In this document: positions 17,580 through 31,088 of the stretch, in pieces
How positions within the stretch are numbered: position 1 is the first letter of the stretch
Layout of the letters: each line of letters begins with the position of its first letter
NCBI RefSeq assembly: GCF_009914755.1
Contig: NC_060927.1
Reading direction: 5' to 3' (one strand)
Length of the DNA: 64,000 nt
DNA from: the human T2T-CHM13v2.0 reference genome, Homo sapiens
The notes under the pieces: model-generated
Told to the model about the DNA's origin: nothing
The model's database searches: none
The model's input: only the letters and a program-made list of their open reading frames with translations
Program-made: the position numbers and the translations under genes

Positions 17580-17736
17580 CTGGTTCAGCCTCTGCTGCCG
17601 TCTCAGCAGCTCCTGCTCAAAGGGGCACTGCAGCCGCTTGGCTTCCAGCTCCTCCTTCTTCTTCTTGATGAGCTGGTTCCGCCGGCGGTGCTCTAGGACA
17701 CGCTGCAGCTCTGGCTTGCTGTCCACACCAAGGCCC
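17580..17736 (-). CDS. FAM107A: FAM107A middle coding exon: [52 protein letters not shown]
   Basis: Acceptor ttcccaccccag, donor gtgggt, 157 nt keeps frame; DUF1151 coiled-coil region with basic NLS-like stretch. Confidence 0.97.
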
Positions 17737-18303
17737 CTGGGGTGGGAAGTGGGGAGCTGTCAGGAGACCATCACCTTCCCGCTTCCCCCAGCCTCAGGGC
17801 TGCTTCCTGCGGTGACACCAACCCCCATTATTATCTTGTGCAATCCTCCCTGTGGCCTTGGAGGTGGACCCATTACTGTCCCATTTTACAGGGACAGAAA
17901 CTGAGGCTCCTAGGGCTGAAGATACCAGTCCAAGACATAGCTACAGGTAGGCCACATGAGGATTTGAACCCAGGCCTGTTTGACTGCAGAGACCAAGTTT
18001 TATGTTATTTCTGGTTATTTTCTTAGGATACTTTCCTAAAGGTAGAATTGCTGGGTCAGGCTCTTTAAAAAGATTTGAGGTACATATATCTATCTGTGCC
18101 TGAGAAAGGTTATCCAGTGTATCCTCCTCTGAACAGTGTACAAGAGCATCTATTTCTCCCCACCATCACCAGCCAATCTTTTCATATTTGAGAATCTGGT
18201 AGGCCAGAAAGAATATCTGCTTTTCATTTGTTTCTTTATTAGTCACATGGAACAACATTTGATATGTTTACCAGCCATTTGCATTTCTTCTTTTGTGAAT
18301 TAA

Positions 18304-18513
<210 letters not shown>

Positions 18514-18524
18514 TAAGAGATCTG

Positions 18525-18837
<313 letters not shown>

Positions 18838-19121
18838 AAGAGATCTGAATTTTTTTTTGTATATGTGAGTTTTAAAAATAAAATTTATTTATATTACAAA
18901 TACTTTCTCTGATTTGTCTTTAAGCTTTTGTTTTTGATTGTGGTGATGTTTTTTGATATTAAAGGGACGAGTCTAAAAACCATTCAGAGAAAATGCTCAT
19001 ATTATAATACTAATTGAAAACAAAAACAAAAGCGACTCAGTGTACAAAATGATAACTGTTAGGATATTGGTCACACAACTGAAAACAAGAATAGAAATCA
19101 CAACCGGCTCTAATACCAGAA

Positions 19122-19141
19122 TCGGCCAGCAGAGGGCGCTC
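19122..19141 (+). promoter_or_regulatory. CTCF motif (intronic)
   Basis: CGGCCAGCAGAGGGCGCT matches the CTCF core CCASYAGRKGGCRS, in a local CpG-retaining patch. Confidence 0.7.
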
Positions 19142-20062
19142 TGAAGGCACCGCTGCGTTCACGCTGTTACTGGTTAGCAGGAGTATTTCCCAGTCCTCCA
19201 AGGGGAGGCTCAGCCTTCCTCTTCTCCAATTCACATCCCATCAATTGCCCCATCCCACCCCTGCCACCTCCCAGATGCCCCTCTGGCTCGTCTCTGTCAT
19301 TGCACACCACGGCCTTCCACGGAAAAGCCAGCCACCATCCTGGGCCTCTGTAACATTCCTGCCCACTTTGGTATTGTGAGCTCCCCCATCCCACCTCACC
19401 AGACGGGCCCACCACACCTTGTGCCCCTGCTGTAGACCTTTCCTTAGTCCATCCTTCTGCCCTGGCCTGCACCACGCAATCGATGCCCCAGGCACAGTGA
19501 GTGACTCCTGTTTCCTGTTCATTTACATATGAGGTTCCCTCTGCCATCCAGCACCCACCTCCGGCCTGGCTAACTCCAGTCCCCCTTCAGGTCATAGCTG
19601 AGGCAGCACCGCTCCTGTGAAGTCATTTTAGACCCCTCTCGGGTTCCTCCTCTGGGGTCTCAGGCCTATTTATGCCCTCATCAATGCACCCATCCTACTG
19701 CCTGGCTATGCACCCGTCCCTGTCTGTGAGGACAGGAACTGGGTCCCATTCATTCTTGTATCCCCAGGTCTGGGCTCAGTGCCCAGCACATAGTAGGTAC
19801 TCAGTAAATGTATCTGGAGTGTGGGCATGAAATGGGTGGCTGGGCAAGAGAACAGGGCTTTTTGGTCCCTCTGGTTCCCAGGGACCCACTGGGGACAGGG
19901 TCTTTACAGGTTTTGCCGGTGATCATGTGGGGCACCTCAGCCTTCCTCAGTCTCCAGGAGCCCCAGGATGAAAGCCAGCTCTGCTTTCCTCCAGGGTCAC
20001 CTTCCCCATCCCCCACAGGCCCAGGTGCTTGCGGGGCCCAGGCAGCAGGGCTTCATCCCTAC

Positions 20063-20232
20063 CTTCTGTGGTTCATGAGCAGCTCCCGGTGGAGCTCCTG
20101 GTGACTCCGAGAGGCCTTCACGGGGTTCAGCAGCTTCTTGGGCTTGATGAGCTCCGGATTCCACTCTCTGTATTCTGGCCGGGCCATCAGGCCCCCAATG
20201 TCTGCCCGCTCCCTCTGGATCTCCGAGTACAT
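20063..20232 (-). CDS. FAM107A: FAM107A first coding exon of the canonical 144-aa isoform: [56 protein letters not shown](R)
   Basis: Acceptor ctctacag|ccgccATG (exon starts at 20237), Kozak-like ccgccATG, donor AG|gtaggg; exons sum to 170+157+108=435 nt = 144 aa plus stop. Confidence 0.97.
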
Positions 20233-20697
20233 GGCGGCTGTAGAGATGGGCAGAGGAGTAGCTCAGAGCTGAGCCTATAATCTCACCCTGCCCCATGGGA
20301 CACAGTTGAAGGGCAAGGTTTTCATGTCAGATGGACCTTGGCCACCTGCTACTGCGCATACCTGGGCAAGCTACCTGACTTTCTGAGCCTTAGTTTCTTC
20401 ACTTATAAAATGGAAATCATAACGGAACGCATGCACAGGGCTGTCAGAATTGGAGATGATGTTTGCGATGTGTCTGGAGTATAGAAGTAAAATGATAACG
20501 GGTCACAAAATACGGGTTGACACATGCATATTTTTGGCCTGGCTTTGCAACAGTTTTCGCCCACTATAAAAGGAATTATGTTTGAGTTTCTGTTTTTCAA
20601 TGAGCTTGTAACAGAAAAGGAAAATATATTTAAAAAGAGTAACATGTACTTGTTAAAAACAATTTGGATAAATGCAGTGATAAAAAGAAAGTATTAC

Positions 20698-20795
20698 CCT
20701 TATTGTCTAACTCTATCCACAGTTCCACAACTGTTCAGCTTTTCATTTTCTTCACATCAAAGAGGAGAGCATGAAATTCAGAGACTGCTGTGTCC
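20698..20795 (-). other. FAM107A: Alternative 5'UTR cassette exon of FAM107A (98 nt)
   Basis: Acceptor ccctttgctattag|GGACAC, donor AAGG|gtaata; resembles my recollection of a FAM107A mRNA leader. Confidence 0.65.
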
Positions 20796-20953
20796 CTAAT
20801 AGCAAAGGGATAGTTGTCAAATGTTTGGCTACTCAATGGCCCCACTTCTACCACAGCGGTTTGAAATCTGTCAGTTTACTTAAAATTCAGACACAAGGGC
20901 TCCCTCTTCTACAAACTGGCTCCTTATCCTTGAAATGCCCAAAAGCAAATACA

Positions 20954-20955
<2 letters not shown>

Positions 20956-21016
<61 letters not shown>
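20956..21016. repeat. (GA)n microsatellite, ~30 units
   Basis: Direct observation. Confidence 0.97.
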
Positions 21017-21022
<6 letters not shown>

Positions 21023-22529
21023 CTGACTTAAAAAAAAAAAGGCCTCAAAGGTATAGACACTGCCTGGCCATTAGCTGCTTATAGGAATTTCAGTGAAAAT
21101 TTAGACTTTAGCTCTGCTCTCTTCATGAGTCTAGCTTTGCAGAGGTTGAGCTCCTATTATATGCCAGGCCCTGACAGTTGGCAGTGTCTGGTCTGGTATG
21201 CAGTAGGCGATCAATACACATTTGTTGGTAATTGCCAATGCAACTTTTGAAGTTTTCTTTGGTCTTGGGGAACCAGTGCCCGGTGGCATGTGATTTTCAT
21301 GTGGCAACTGAGGGAGTGTGTCCCCATTTCAAACACCAGGCTTCAGCCCCTGCTTGAGGGCCACCATGTTGCCTGTGGACAGACTCTCATTTCCTCCCCC
21401 ACACTGGGAAGGGGATGAGAACCATTCTCTGCCCAAATGCAGTTTCATGGATGAACAGGGATGTGTGAAAACCTGAAAGTGGCAAACAGCTTATTGGGGT
21501 CAGAAAATACAGAGAGGGGGGTTTGACGGGGTGCACGTTGCAAGGTGATATGTCAGGAATCTGGGCATAAAACAGGAGACTGTACTTTGCAACGGTGGCC
21601 ACCAGACCCGTGTTTGGCATTTCTATGATGACCCATCACAGGCTGCTGTTAGGAGGAGCAAGTAAGACCACATACGTAAAGGTGCTGTGTAACCTGGAAA
21701 AAGTGTTAATTATTATAAGGTATTTTGGATGTAGCCAGGTGAAGTGTCAGAGGATAGACATGTTAATTTTTTTCTCAAATTCATATTCTCAGAACCATTT
21801 CTGTAATGAGAATTCTTATTAACTTCCCTTTTTTTTCTCATCTTTTTCATAAGGCTGTTTGCTTTCAGGTTATATCCTTCCTAATTTTTTGGTCCTTAAA
21901 AAGTGATCATAATAGTACTTAGAGTTACTTTAAAATGGGCACTCGACAAAATACATAGTTGGCTGTATCAGCTCCCACTCCTTAGTGTGGGTATTTTATT
22001 GTCTGTGGGATCAAGCTCTCTGGGTGCTTACGTATTAGAACACCTGGATTCAGATTGGAGCTTTGAGATCTTCTCTCTTTTGCTGCCTATTCCTATTGTC
22101 AAGTGTCGCCCATCCTTTGACTGAGTAATTCTCAGCTACGCTCTTTCCTTCCCGTGACCTCAGCTCTCTTCCTGTTCAGCTCATGCCACACTTTAATAAC
22201 TACTTTGGCTCCCCAGCTATTCACCTGTTCTTAGTCCCTCTGTGCCCCCCAAATCTTCCAGAGCTGCTTGCTTTTCATCAGCCACACCATCCTTAAAAGA
22301 ACTCACTGTATGTTGCCAAAGTGATAAGGTAGGAAATAGAATAAGTTGGATAACTTTAGGAAAGGAGATGGCAGCCTTAATATTTGTATAGATAAAGCCA
22401 TACACCCAGAATTCCCACATGGATGAACAGAAACGCATTTGAAACTGAGAGAGTTCAAGAATGTGGCCAGATACAAAATAAGTACACAAAATCAAGAGCT
22501 CCTGAGTAACGGGAATGACCACTGAGAAA

Positions 22530-23045
22530 GTGCGTAATAATAAAAATAGTCATGCATTCCACACATGTTCGAGTTCCTGTGATTTTCCTGGCACTGTGGT
22601 AGACACTGGACACACAGAGGAGAACTAAACAAGTGAGATCCCGGCGCTCACAGAACCCACACTCTGCTGGGGAGGCCAACAGTCAGCACACACACAAGCC
22701 AATGAAAACGAAAGACCACAAAAGGCTCCAGGCTCCCATAGAGACTAAGGAGGGACCCGCTGTCAGCCAGGTGTGGTGAGGGCCTCTCTGAGGAGGCGAC
22801 ATTAAGATCTGACAGTTGAGAATGAGGAAGGAGGCCATTTGGGGCCTAGGGAACAGCATGTGTGACTCATGTACCTTGAACAAGCTGGGTCTGTTCAGGG
22901 AACAAAAAGACATAGTGTGCTGGGAGTGGTGTGAGCTGAGAGACTGGGAGAGCGCCTGGAGTGAGGGTGGACGGGTGGGTTCAAGTCGGGGAAAGGCGCA
23001 CCTGATTCAGTTATAAAAAGGTTATTCTCGCTGCTGTGTGGGGAA
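22530..23045. mobile_element. L2 fragment
   Basis: cattcc...cctggcactgtggtagacactgg...gggaacagcatgtgt L2-like text. Confidence 0.55.
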
Positions 23046-23199
23046 ACCATCAGAGGCCTTGGGATGTTTTGACTTTGGTTTCCTTCACTTCCAATGGGTG
23101 GTCTCTGTCTCTTCTGTTAACTTCCAGGGGAAAAATCTGTGATTGACCTGGCTGAGACCTTCGCCCCATACGTAAGTTGCCGGCCAGCCAGTGGGTTGG

Positions 23200-23372
23200 C
23201 TGCCCCAGGGCCAGACGGTCGGACTCAGTCACACAGGGTTGCCCTTGGAAGAGGGGCCCTGTTTGGTTTGACCTTCTGTTGTTGTTGTCTTGAAATTCCA
23301 AATGCATTTTGAACAAGTGGCACTCCTTTTTTATTTTGCACTGGGCCCTGTCAATTATGAAGCCAGTCCTGC
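23200..23372. mobile_element. MER91-like DNA transposon remnant
   Basis: tcttgaaattc...ttttgaacaag...ttttgcactgggccctg..aattatgaagccagtcctg. Confidence 0.55.
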
Positions 23373-24614
23373 ACCCCAGCTCCAATCTGTGGTCAGCCCT
23401 GGCTCAATGACTTGCTCCAGGCCTTAAAAAAAAATTAATTAAATCAGCAGTGAGCTGTGGATGATGGTATTTCCCTGAGGCCAGGCTGGTGTGGTGGGTG
23501 AGGCAGGAACCCTGAGGGATGTGGCTGGTGCCTTAGCTCAGAGCTGCAGGGGAAAAACCATCGCCTTTGCCACTCAGGGTGCTGAACCCCAGCAAACAAC
23601 CCCTGTGAGATCCACGTATACACCTATGAGGGGTGGGGTGAGGAGGGTTGCTGGGGACCCCCAGGACTTAGAAAGCTGAGCCAGCCTTTCTGCCTTTTAA
23701 TTTATTTAACCAAGGTCTCTGGGTGGAAGAACCTCATGCAGGTCCTGTTATAAAAGAGACTACTCAATAAAGCACAGGTGGCAGGCCAAGAAAATCCAGG
23801 CTGTCTTGGGCGGTCAGCTGGGCCTCCTGAGGCAGAGGACTGGGGTTGTTCCCAAGGCTTCTGGGCATCCCGAGAGATCCAAGACTCTGGGGTCCATCCG
23901 GGGAGTGGCTGTGGAGCAGCTAAGAGGGGAAGTGGGCATTAGACATGTCCTCTCTGGAAAGAAAAAGGTGAACACCCAGGAGAAGAGCTAGCAGGGAGAA
24001 GGAGGAGCGGGCCAATCACGAAGGAGAAAGGTAAGTGGCTTGTTTGTATTCTTCATGGCTGTTAAAGAAATGCAGGAGGAAGCAGTAGCATAGGGAGGCT
24101 GAAGCCATTCAGACTTGCATTCGAATGTCAGCTCTGTCCATGCCTCCCTACCCTCTGGAGCTGGAGCCTGGAAACTACAGCCTTTGGACCAAATCCCACA
24201 GCCCTGGGACACACCACGCCCACTTATTGTCTATGGCTGTTTCCCACTGAACAGCAGAGTTGAGATGGGACAGCTGCTTTTGATCTGGTGTTTCCTCCTC
24301 TGCAAAATGAGCGTTACATTAGAATCCTCCTCCATGAACTTGTGATATCATAAACGAGGTGATACTTGCAAGGTGCTTGGCAAATGCCTCGTACAGAGTT
24401 GAGCGCTTGGGGCTGGCTACCAGGGCTGCCACATACAACAGGCTGGTTGGGTACCTCACAGCAAGTCCTCAACTCCTATAGATTAAACTGTGAATGGTGC
24501 CCCTGGAATGGCAGTGTGACCACCCTGTTAGCTGCTATTAACAATCACTATTAATAAATCCCATTCCTAGTCCTAGATGGAGCCTTCTCATCCTCAGAAA
24601 CCACACTGGTTAAA

Positions 24615-24795
24615 TCAGTGGATCTTAACTTTGGCTGCATATCGGCATCACCACAGGAAGTTTCAAAAATTCCAGTGCCTGAGTCCCACCACAGGGATTC
24701 TGATTTAATGGGTTTGGGGGGCGGCTTGGCTTTGGGGATTTTTAAAAGCTCCCTAGGTGATTCCTAGAGTCAGCCAACTTTGCAAACCATGGAGT
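24615..24795. mobile_element. MER5-family DNA transposon
   Basis: cagtggatcttaactttggctgc...gattctgatttaat...ttttaaaagctccctaggtgattc. Confidence 0.75.
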
Positions 24796-27690
24796 TAAAA
24801 ACCCAAAACACAAACTTATTTGCTTCGGTCCTGAAGGATCTCAGCTGACTGTAGTTGGCCTGGTTATTGTGAGCAAATCTGATTAAGGTCACAGTTCTTA
24901 GCAGCTGTGTGATCTTGGGATGGTCTCTAACCTCTGGGATGCTCCTCTGTAGAATTGTGATGCTGTGAAGATTGGATGAGCTAAAGAGCTGGGCATGGGG
25001 TGGAGGCCACCAGTAGGCGACAGCTATTGAGTGTCTTGCATGACTATAGGATGGCAAATAATTCTCAATATGCAGATTATGGGACTGATGTTGTTTTTCC
25101 TGGGGTGGGGATAATAAGGGGTCTGAGGAAAGATTTGGAACCCCTTGCTTGGTTCCTCCCTGGTTCTGTTGGTGACCCAAGAGGTCCCAGAGCTCCTTGC
25201 CACAGGCTCCACAGGATGTTGGCCCCACACCAGGCAAGGCTCAGCAGAGATCACTGCTGCTCCCACGGAGAGTGCACCGGGCCACTGGGGCATGCATGGC
25301 TAATGCAGGGTGGCAGATTTGAAACCAAACACTGGTGCCTGCAGCCACAGGAGAGAGTAAGGAGAGACAGAAGGAGAGCTGCACTGATGGAGTCTCGGGG
25401 CCCAGTTCGTCTTGACAATAGCCATGGGACCCCAGGCTGTCTAAGGCCTCAGTGTCCCTTCCACTTGCCTCTCCACTGTTCTGGTAGTCATGTTTCTGTC
25501 TTCGATGGCATCAGTTGTAACAAATGACACATAAGCCAGTAAAGCAATGGTTAAAGCAGATGTTTTAGTGGAGACAGAGTGGGTTTGATTCATGGTGGCA
25601 ATCCTTCCCAGCTGTGTTACCTTGGGCAAGTAGCTTAACCTCTCTGAGCCTCTATACAGCAAGGATAACAGCCTATTCATGGAGCAGTTTGGAGGGTGAA
25701 GTGATACAATGGCATGATGTGCTTAGCCCAGCGCCTGGCAGAGTGATGCTCACCGAAGACAAACTATGGTACTTCTGTCCTGAAGAAACCCTGTGGTCAC
25801 CACTAGAATTTGATCTGGATCTCTAAATCACCCTTGGAGGCAGCCAGTGGTACCCTGTTTTATAGATGAGAAAACTAAGGCTCAGAGAGGCCAAGCTACT
25901 TGTCTCAAGATACACAGAGAGTAAGCAGCAAAGCCAGGACCTTGGACGCCAAATTCAATGCTCTTTCTACCTCTCCACTGTCTTCAAGGTGCAAAATGTC
26001 TTTTAGTTGACAAAGCAGGGTTATGTCCCTTTTCTCTCTCTAGATAGTCAAGAAACCCCAATGAAGAGGCTGTGTGAGCCCATTTTATAGATAAGAACAT
26101 GGAGGCCTGCTAACTTGAGGACTCCTAGCCTACGTGAAATGCAAACTCTCACTGGGGAGCCCCAGCCTGGCCCTAGCAGCTTTGGGCTTAAGCTAGAGTC
26201 CACGGGCCTGTCTGGCCTCAGGCTGGTCTCTGTTTAGGAGAGGACCAGCTGGTGGCCTTCCCTCCTGTGCCCCCACTTCCTCATTACTGTTCAAGCTGCT
26301 GGGTTCCGAACACATTCAGAACCCTCTTGGTTCAGCATTTAATGGGATGCCAGGGCAGAGGAGAAGAGAGGCTTTCAAAATAACGACTGGCAAAGGAAAA
26401 ACAGGCATTCAGTAAAAGTGACAAGCACGGTCACTGGATTTCCTGACCCTTCTGGCTTTTTTCCTCTCCATGGGGAAAGTGCCTATTTGTATTTCACTGG
26501 CCAGCAGCCAAAGAACAGTGTATCTGGGAGCCACCTCCAGATCTCCCAGCAGCTTCTGGTCGATGCTCGGAAGCCCCCAGCAGAGCTGCTTGTCCATTTG
26601 GATGCAATGACTCAAGGCTGACTTCCTGAACATTTTGCCTCAGGTCCGTTGCAACTTCCTACCTCGGAAGGAGAATGTTGGGTGGACATTTAGGATTTTG
26701 AACCAATTAAATAGCAGAGTCCAGGGCTAGACATGGAGGATACTTAGCAAGGTTAGTGGACAGCATTGTGCAGTTGATCTGGAACAAGCATCAGCAGACC
26801 TGGAATCCCTGCTGGCTCATTAGTGGCATGATGTCAGCCACTTTACCTGGCAGATGCCTCTGCAGGGAAAATTCCAGCAGGTACTCACCACCAACAGAAC
26901 TAAGAGGGCCACTCAGGATCTAAGCCACCCAGAGATGCAGGCGTGGGGGCTGCCTTGAAGCTCAAAGCTACTTGGGTTTGGTAGCAGTTTCAAAAAGTGA
27001 CACACCCAATCCTACAGCTCTTGATTTCTGGCCCAATCTCAGACTTGCCTTGTATTGCAAAGTCCTAAAGCCAAATTCACCAGAAAGGCAGGCCCTTCAC
27101 ACGTTAACCTGCGTGCACTATGTGCCATGCACTGTGCTAAGCACCTAGCAGCCATATCTCATGAAATATGAAATTCTTATGACAGACTGAAGAGGTGGGT
27201 ACTGTTATTATCCTCTTTTTACAGTCAAGGAAACTGAAGTTCAGGGAAGTCATCTGATTTCCCCAAATCACACAGCCGGTGAAGGAAAGAGCTTGAATCT
27301 GAGCCAAACTCTGAAGCTGAAATCTGTGTTCTGTCTGTTGTGCTGAGAATTAAACCCCCATACTGTGTGATAATTGACTTAGGTGAGGCTATATCATGCA
27401 TTAATTCAGATTCACCTGAGGATGCAGCAGAAAAAGATCAACAAGAATGCAGGGCTATGCCAGGGGGCTCGCTTCTTTGTCTCCTACCCTTTTCCGAAAC
27501 CCAGGGTGCCTGGAGGCATCTCCCGTATCATTTTATGGATGCTGGGACATAGCCCGGGTACCTAAACTCAAAGCACTCAGGTCCACTGACAGCCCACTTC
27601 AGTGTACCGGGTCTGCCCTCCTTCCCTTCCACCTCCTCCCGAACGGCACCGCTCTCAACAGCAGATGAAACAGAACAGAGATGGTCTTAC

Positions 27691-27775
27691 TTCTCAGGTC
27701 GAGTCCTTGGGAAGGGAAGTCAGGAGCGTGTTGCTGGGTTCCTCACTCCACCGGGAAGTCCCAGACTAGCAAGGA
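27691..27775 (-). other. FAM107A: FAM107A proximal non-coding first exon (TSS approximate)
   Basis: Donor GAGAA|gtaaga at 27691/27690; TATA-like TTTAAG and GC box at ~27790-27803; CpG enrichment. Confidence 0.65.
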
Positions 27776-28210
27776 GGGCTGCCTCTAGAGGGCGGTTCTT
27801 AAACCCCTGGGAACGGAGGCTGCTGAAATGTGCCAACAAGTGAGACAGCCTTTGCATTCCTGTTTATTCTGGTATCAATAAAAAGGAACTGTTACTATAG
27901 TAACAGATATTCCACTTGGTGCACGGCCACTTCCACGATGCGGAACATCATGTCCAAGCCACACGCTTGAGAGGCACAAATAAATACCCATTTTGTCAGA
28001 TTGATGAGGAATAAGAAACACGCCAAGCTTTGTTCTGAGCAAGGCGGCTCACGTAAAGGAATTTCCCTTGTTTCTTATGGGAGGGTCAGGCAAGAGTGGA
28101 TTCCAGCACTTCCCCATGGGAGGGGAAGCCAAGCTTCCTGAGGCAGTGGTGTGGATTCTTCAGGAGAAAATGGCTCTGGGGGGAAAAGGGTGGGGTGTAA
28201 AGGGAGGGGA
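27750..28210 (-). promoter_or_regulatory. FAM107A: FAM107A proximal promoter with GRE-like palindrome, two kappaB sites and a G4 motif
   Basis: GGAACAtcaTGTCCA at 27942-27956; GGAATTTCCC at 28058-28067; GGGAAGTCCC at 27753-27762; G-runs at 28178-28209. Confidence 0.55.
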
Positions 28211-28667
28211 AACTGCTCAGCATTGGGTCAGTTCTTAATTATCCACGAATGGGTCAGAAACTCCGTACACAGCGTTTTCCTGATACCTTGAATGTCATTG
28301 GAACTTCACAGAGGAGCCAACGGAAGAGCGTGGGAGAGGGGATGCACCGTGTCTGGGTCTCAGCAGGCTCATGTGTTGGCCCTGGCTCCAGCACCAGCCC
28401 CTTCAGCAGCCACTCAGTGTCTCTGTGTCTTGGTTTCTGTGTTTGTCAAATGTGGAGCATACCAGGGTGGTTGGGAGATGACATGGATGAGATGACATTA
28501 GTGAAGCACATAGTCAAAGCTCAGCATATAGGACTTTTCTCCAAGAGAGACCTGGACTCTACGTGATCTGAGGCCAGAGCCCAGCATGGTGCATTTTGCC
28601 TGGCAGAATATGTGTTCCATAAGTAGTGGCTCAATGAATGAACATGTGAATGTAAAATATAAAAGTA

Positions 28668-28990
28668 GGCCAGGCATGGTAGCTCATGCCTGTAATCCCA
28701 GCACTTTGGGAGGCTGAGGTAGGCAGATCATTTGAGGTCAGAAGTTTGAGAACAGCCTGGCCAACATGGTAAAACCCTGTCTCTACTAAAAATACAAAAA
28801 TTAGCCAGGGGTGGTGGCACACACCTGTAATCCCAGCTACCTGGGAGGCTGAGGCAGGAGATTGCTTGAACTTGGGAGGCAGAGTTTGCAGTGAGCCAAG
28901 ATTGGGCCACTGCACTCCAGCCTGGGTGACAGAGCAAGACTGTCTCAAAAAAACCCAAAAAACAAACAAACAAAAAAACCCAAGAAAAGT
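28668..28990 (+). mobile_element. Alu (AluS-like)
   Basis: Full sense Alu with A-rich tail. Confidence 0.92.
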
Positions 28991-30792
28991 AAAAAATGTA
29001 TGTAGATCCTTAAGGCCAGCCTGGATGCTTATAGATAATGGAGGCATTCTCCTAATTTCAGAATCAGCTTTCACTTGAAAAGCTGGAAGTGTTTTCTATC
29101 GTTTAGTGTCATCCTAGTTCCCCAGTGAGGAAGCTGGGGTCTACCAGTTAGACCAGGCCTCCACCCCAACTTTACTTTCTCATGGAGTCTTGGTTGGCTA
29201 GAAGGTGATGAGGCCTAGGACATGCATCACAGGTGAATGGAGGCTTTAACAAGGCAACCTTGTGTCTTCTTTGGCCTATATTATTTGTTCATTTAACAAA
29301 CATTTATTTAATTCCTACTGTGTTCCTGGCACTGTTCTAAGTGCTGGGGGTACCATGTGAATGACACAGGTAATATCCCTGCTGTCAGGGAACCTACCTT
29401 CAAGGGGGACACACAGTAAAGAAGGGGACATTCAGGATGACGTCAGGCAGTGAGGAATGCCGTGATGAACGCAAGGCTGGGTGAGGTGAGAGCGGGTGGT
29501 GTTTTAGGGTAGCAGAATCACAAGGAGTCAGTTGTGTGAAGTCTGTACACATGGGAGAGTCTTCGTAGGGTGGGAAGAGCCAGTGGAAAGGCCCAGACTG
29601 GGTGGATCCTGGTGTGATGTAAAGGCAGGCTGGGTGCCATCTTGGGAGTGAGGGAGGTGGGAGACAGGGGTGGAGTGGGAGGGACAGGGCAGGCATGTCC
29701 AGGGAGTCTTGGCCACGCTGACCATTCTCGAGCCACTTAAACTAAGAGGGTCCTAAATTCTTGGGTATAAAACAATTTTCTGGAAACAATGTGTGGTCCC
29801 TTTTTTTCTTCTTCCCCAATTCTGCATTTCTTGAGGCACTATGAATGGTAGCCCCCTCAGCCTCCCACCCTGCTCTGCCTTAACTTCCCCAAACTCTCCT
29901 GGTAGAAGAGGACAGCTAGATTCTTGTCAAACCACTCTTTGCTGACCCTGGTTCCTTGCACACATCCTCCTGCTCTGCAAAGAAGTATTTTGAATATTTC
30001 CTAGGGTCTTTGGTGGCTCAGATGAACCAATCCCAGTGCCTTCTAACAGTTGGAGAGTAAGAAGGATCCTGGAGCGGGGGAACTTCTGACAGCTCCTGCT
30101 CATCCCCGGAGAAGACAGAAGCCCATCACCTGGTACACTTCAGAGGAACACGCACCTGACAGCCAAGGAGAACTGGGCAGTAGTCCTCGGATGTTGGGCG
30201 TCATTTTCCGTGGGCAGTTGGGAGTCACTGTGCTTCTCCCACAAAAACTCTTCTCACAGTCCAACTTGTATACAAACCCATCAGACTGCTAGCCCCAGGG
30301 CAGGTACCTACCTATCTTCCTGTCCCAGTACTGAGGGGCTCAATAACTATTGTTAACCTGAAGACACCGAAAACCTTGACAGCGCTGAGCTTGTTACAGC
30401 ACCATCTTGCTGTGTGTCCATGTGCAGGTGCAACTGTACGTGAGATCAGCGGCCAACCACCACCCTTTCCCAGGCCACACTCCATCAGCAAGAGACTATG
30501 CTACACCCCAAGACGAGATGCAGCCAATAAACATGTCTATGTATTGACCTGAAAAAGATGTCTTCTACATATTCAATGAAAAATCATATGTAGTAGGATC
30601 TCTTTTTTTTTTCAAGATAAAAAAGTTGGTATATGTATAAAGAACTAGTGTGGAGGCAAATACACTAATCTGTTAGCAGAGGTCAACTCTAGATCAGTGT
30701 ATCTCAAATACTATTACTAGATGTCATTTGAAATGAGTGCTAAAAATGCTCTTGCTTTTTTTTTTTCCTAGGGAGGAACCTAGGAATCTGGA

Positions 30793-31088
<296 letters not shown>

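Noticed and set aside
24770-25527. 155-aa and 175-aa overlapping ORFs
   Set aside because: Partly MIR-derived, no recognisable homology; chance ORFs
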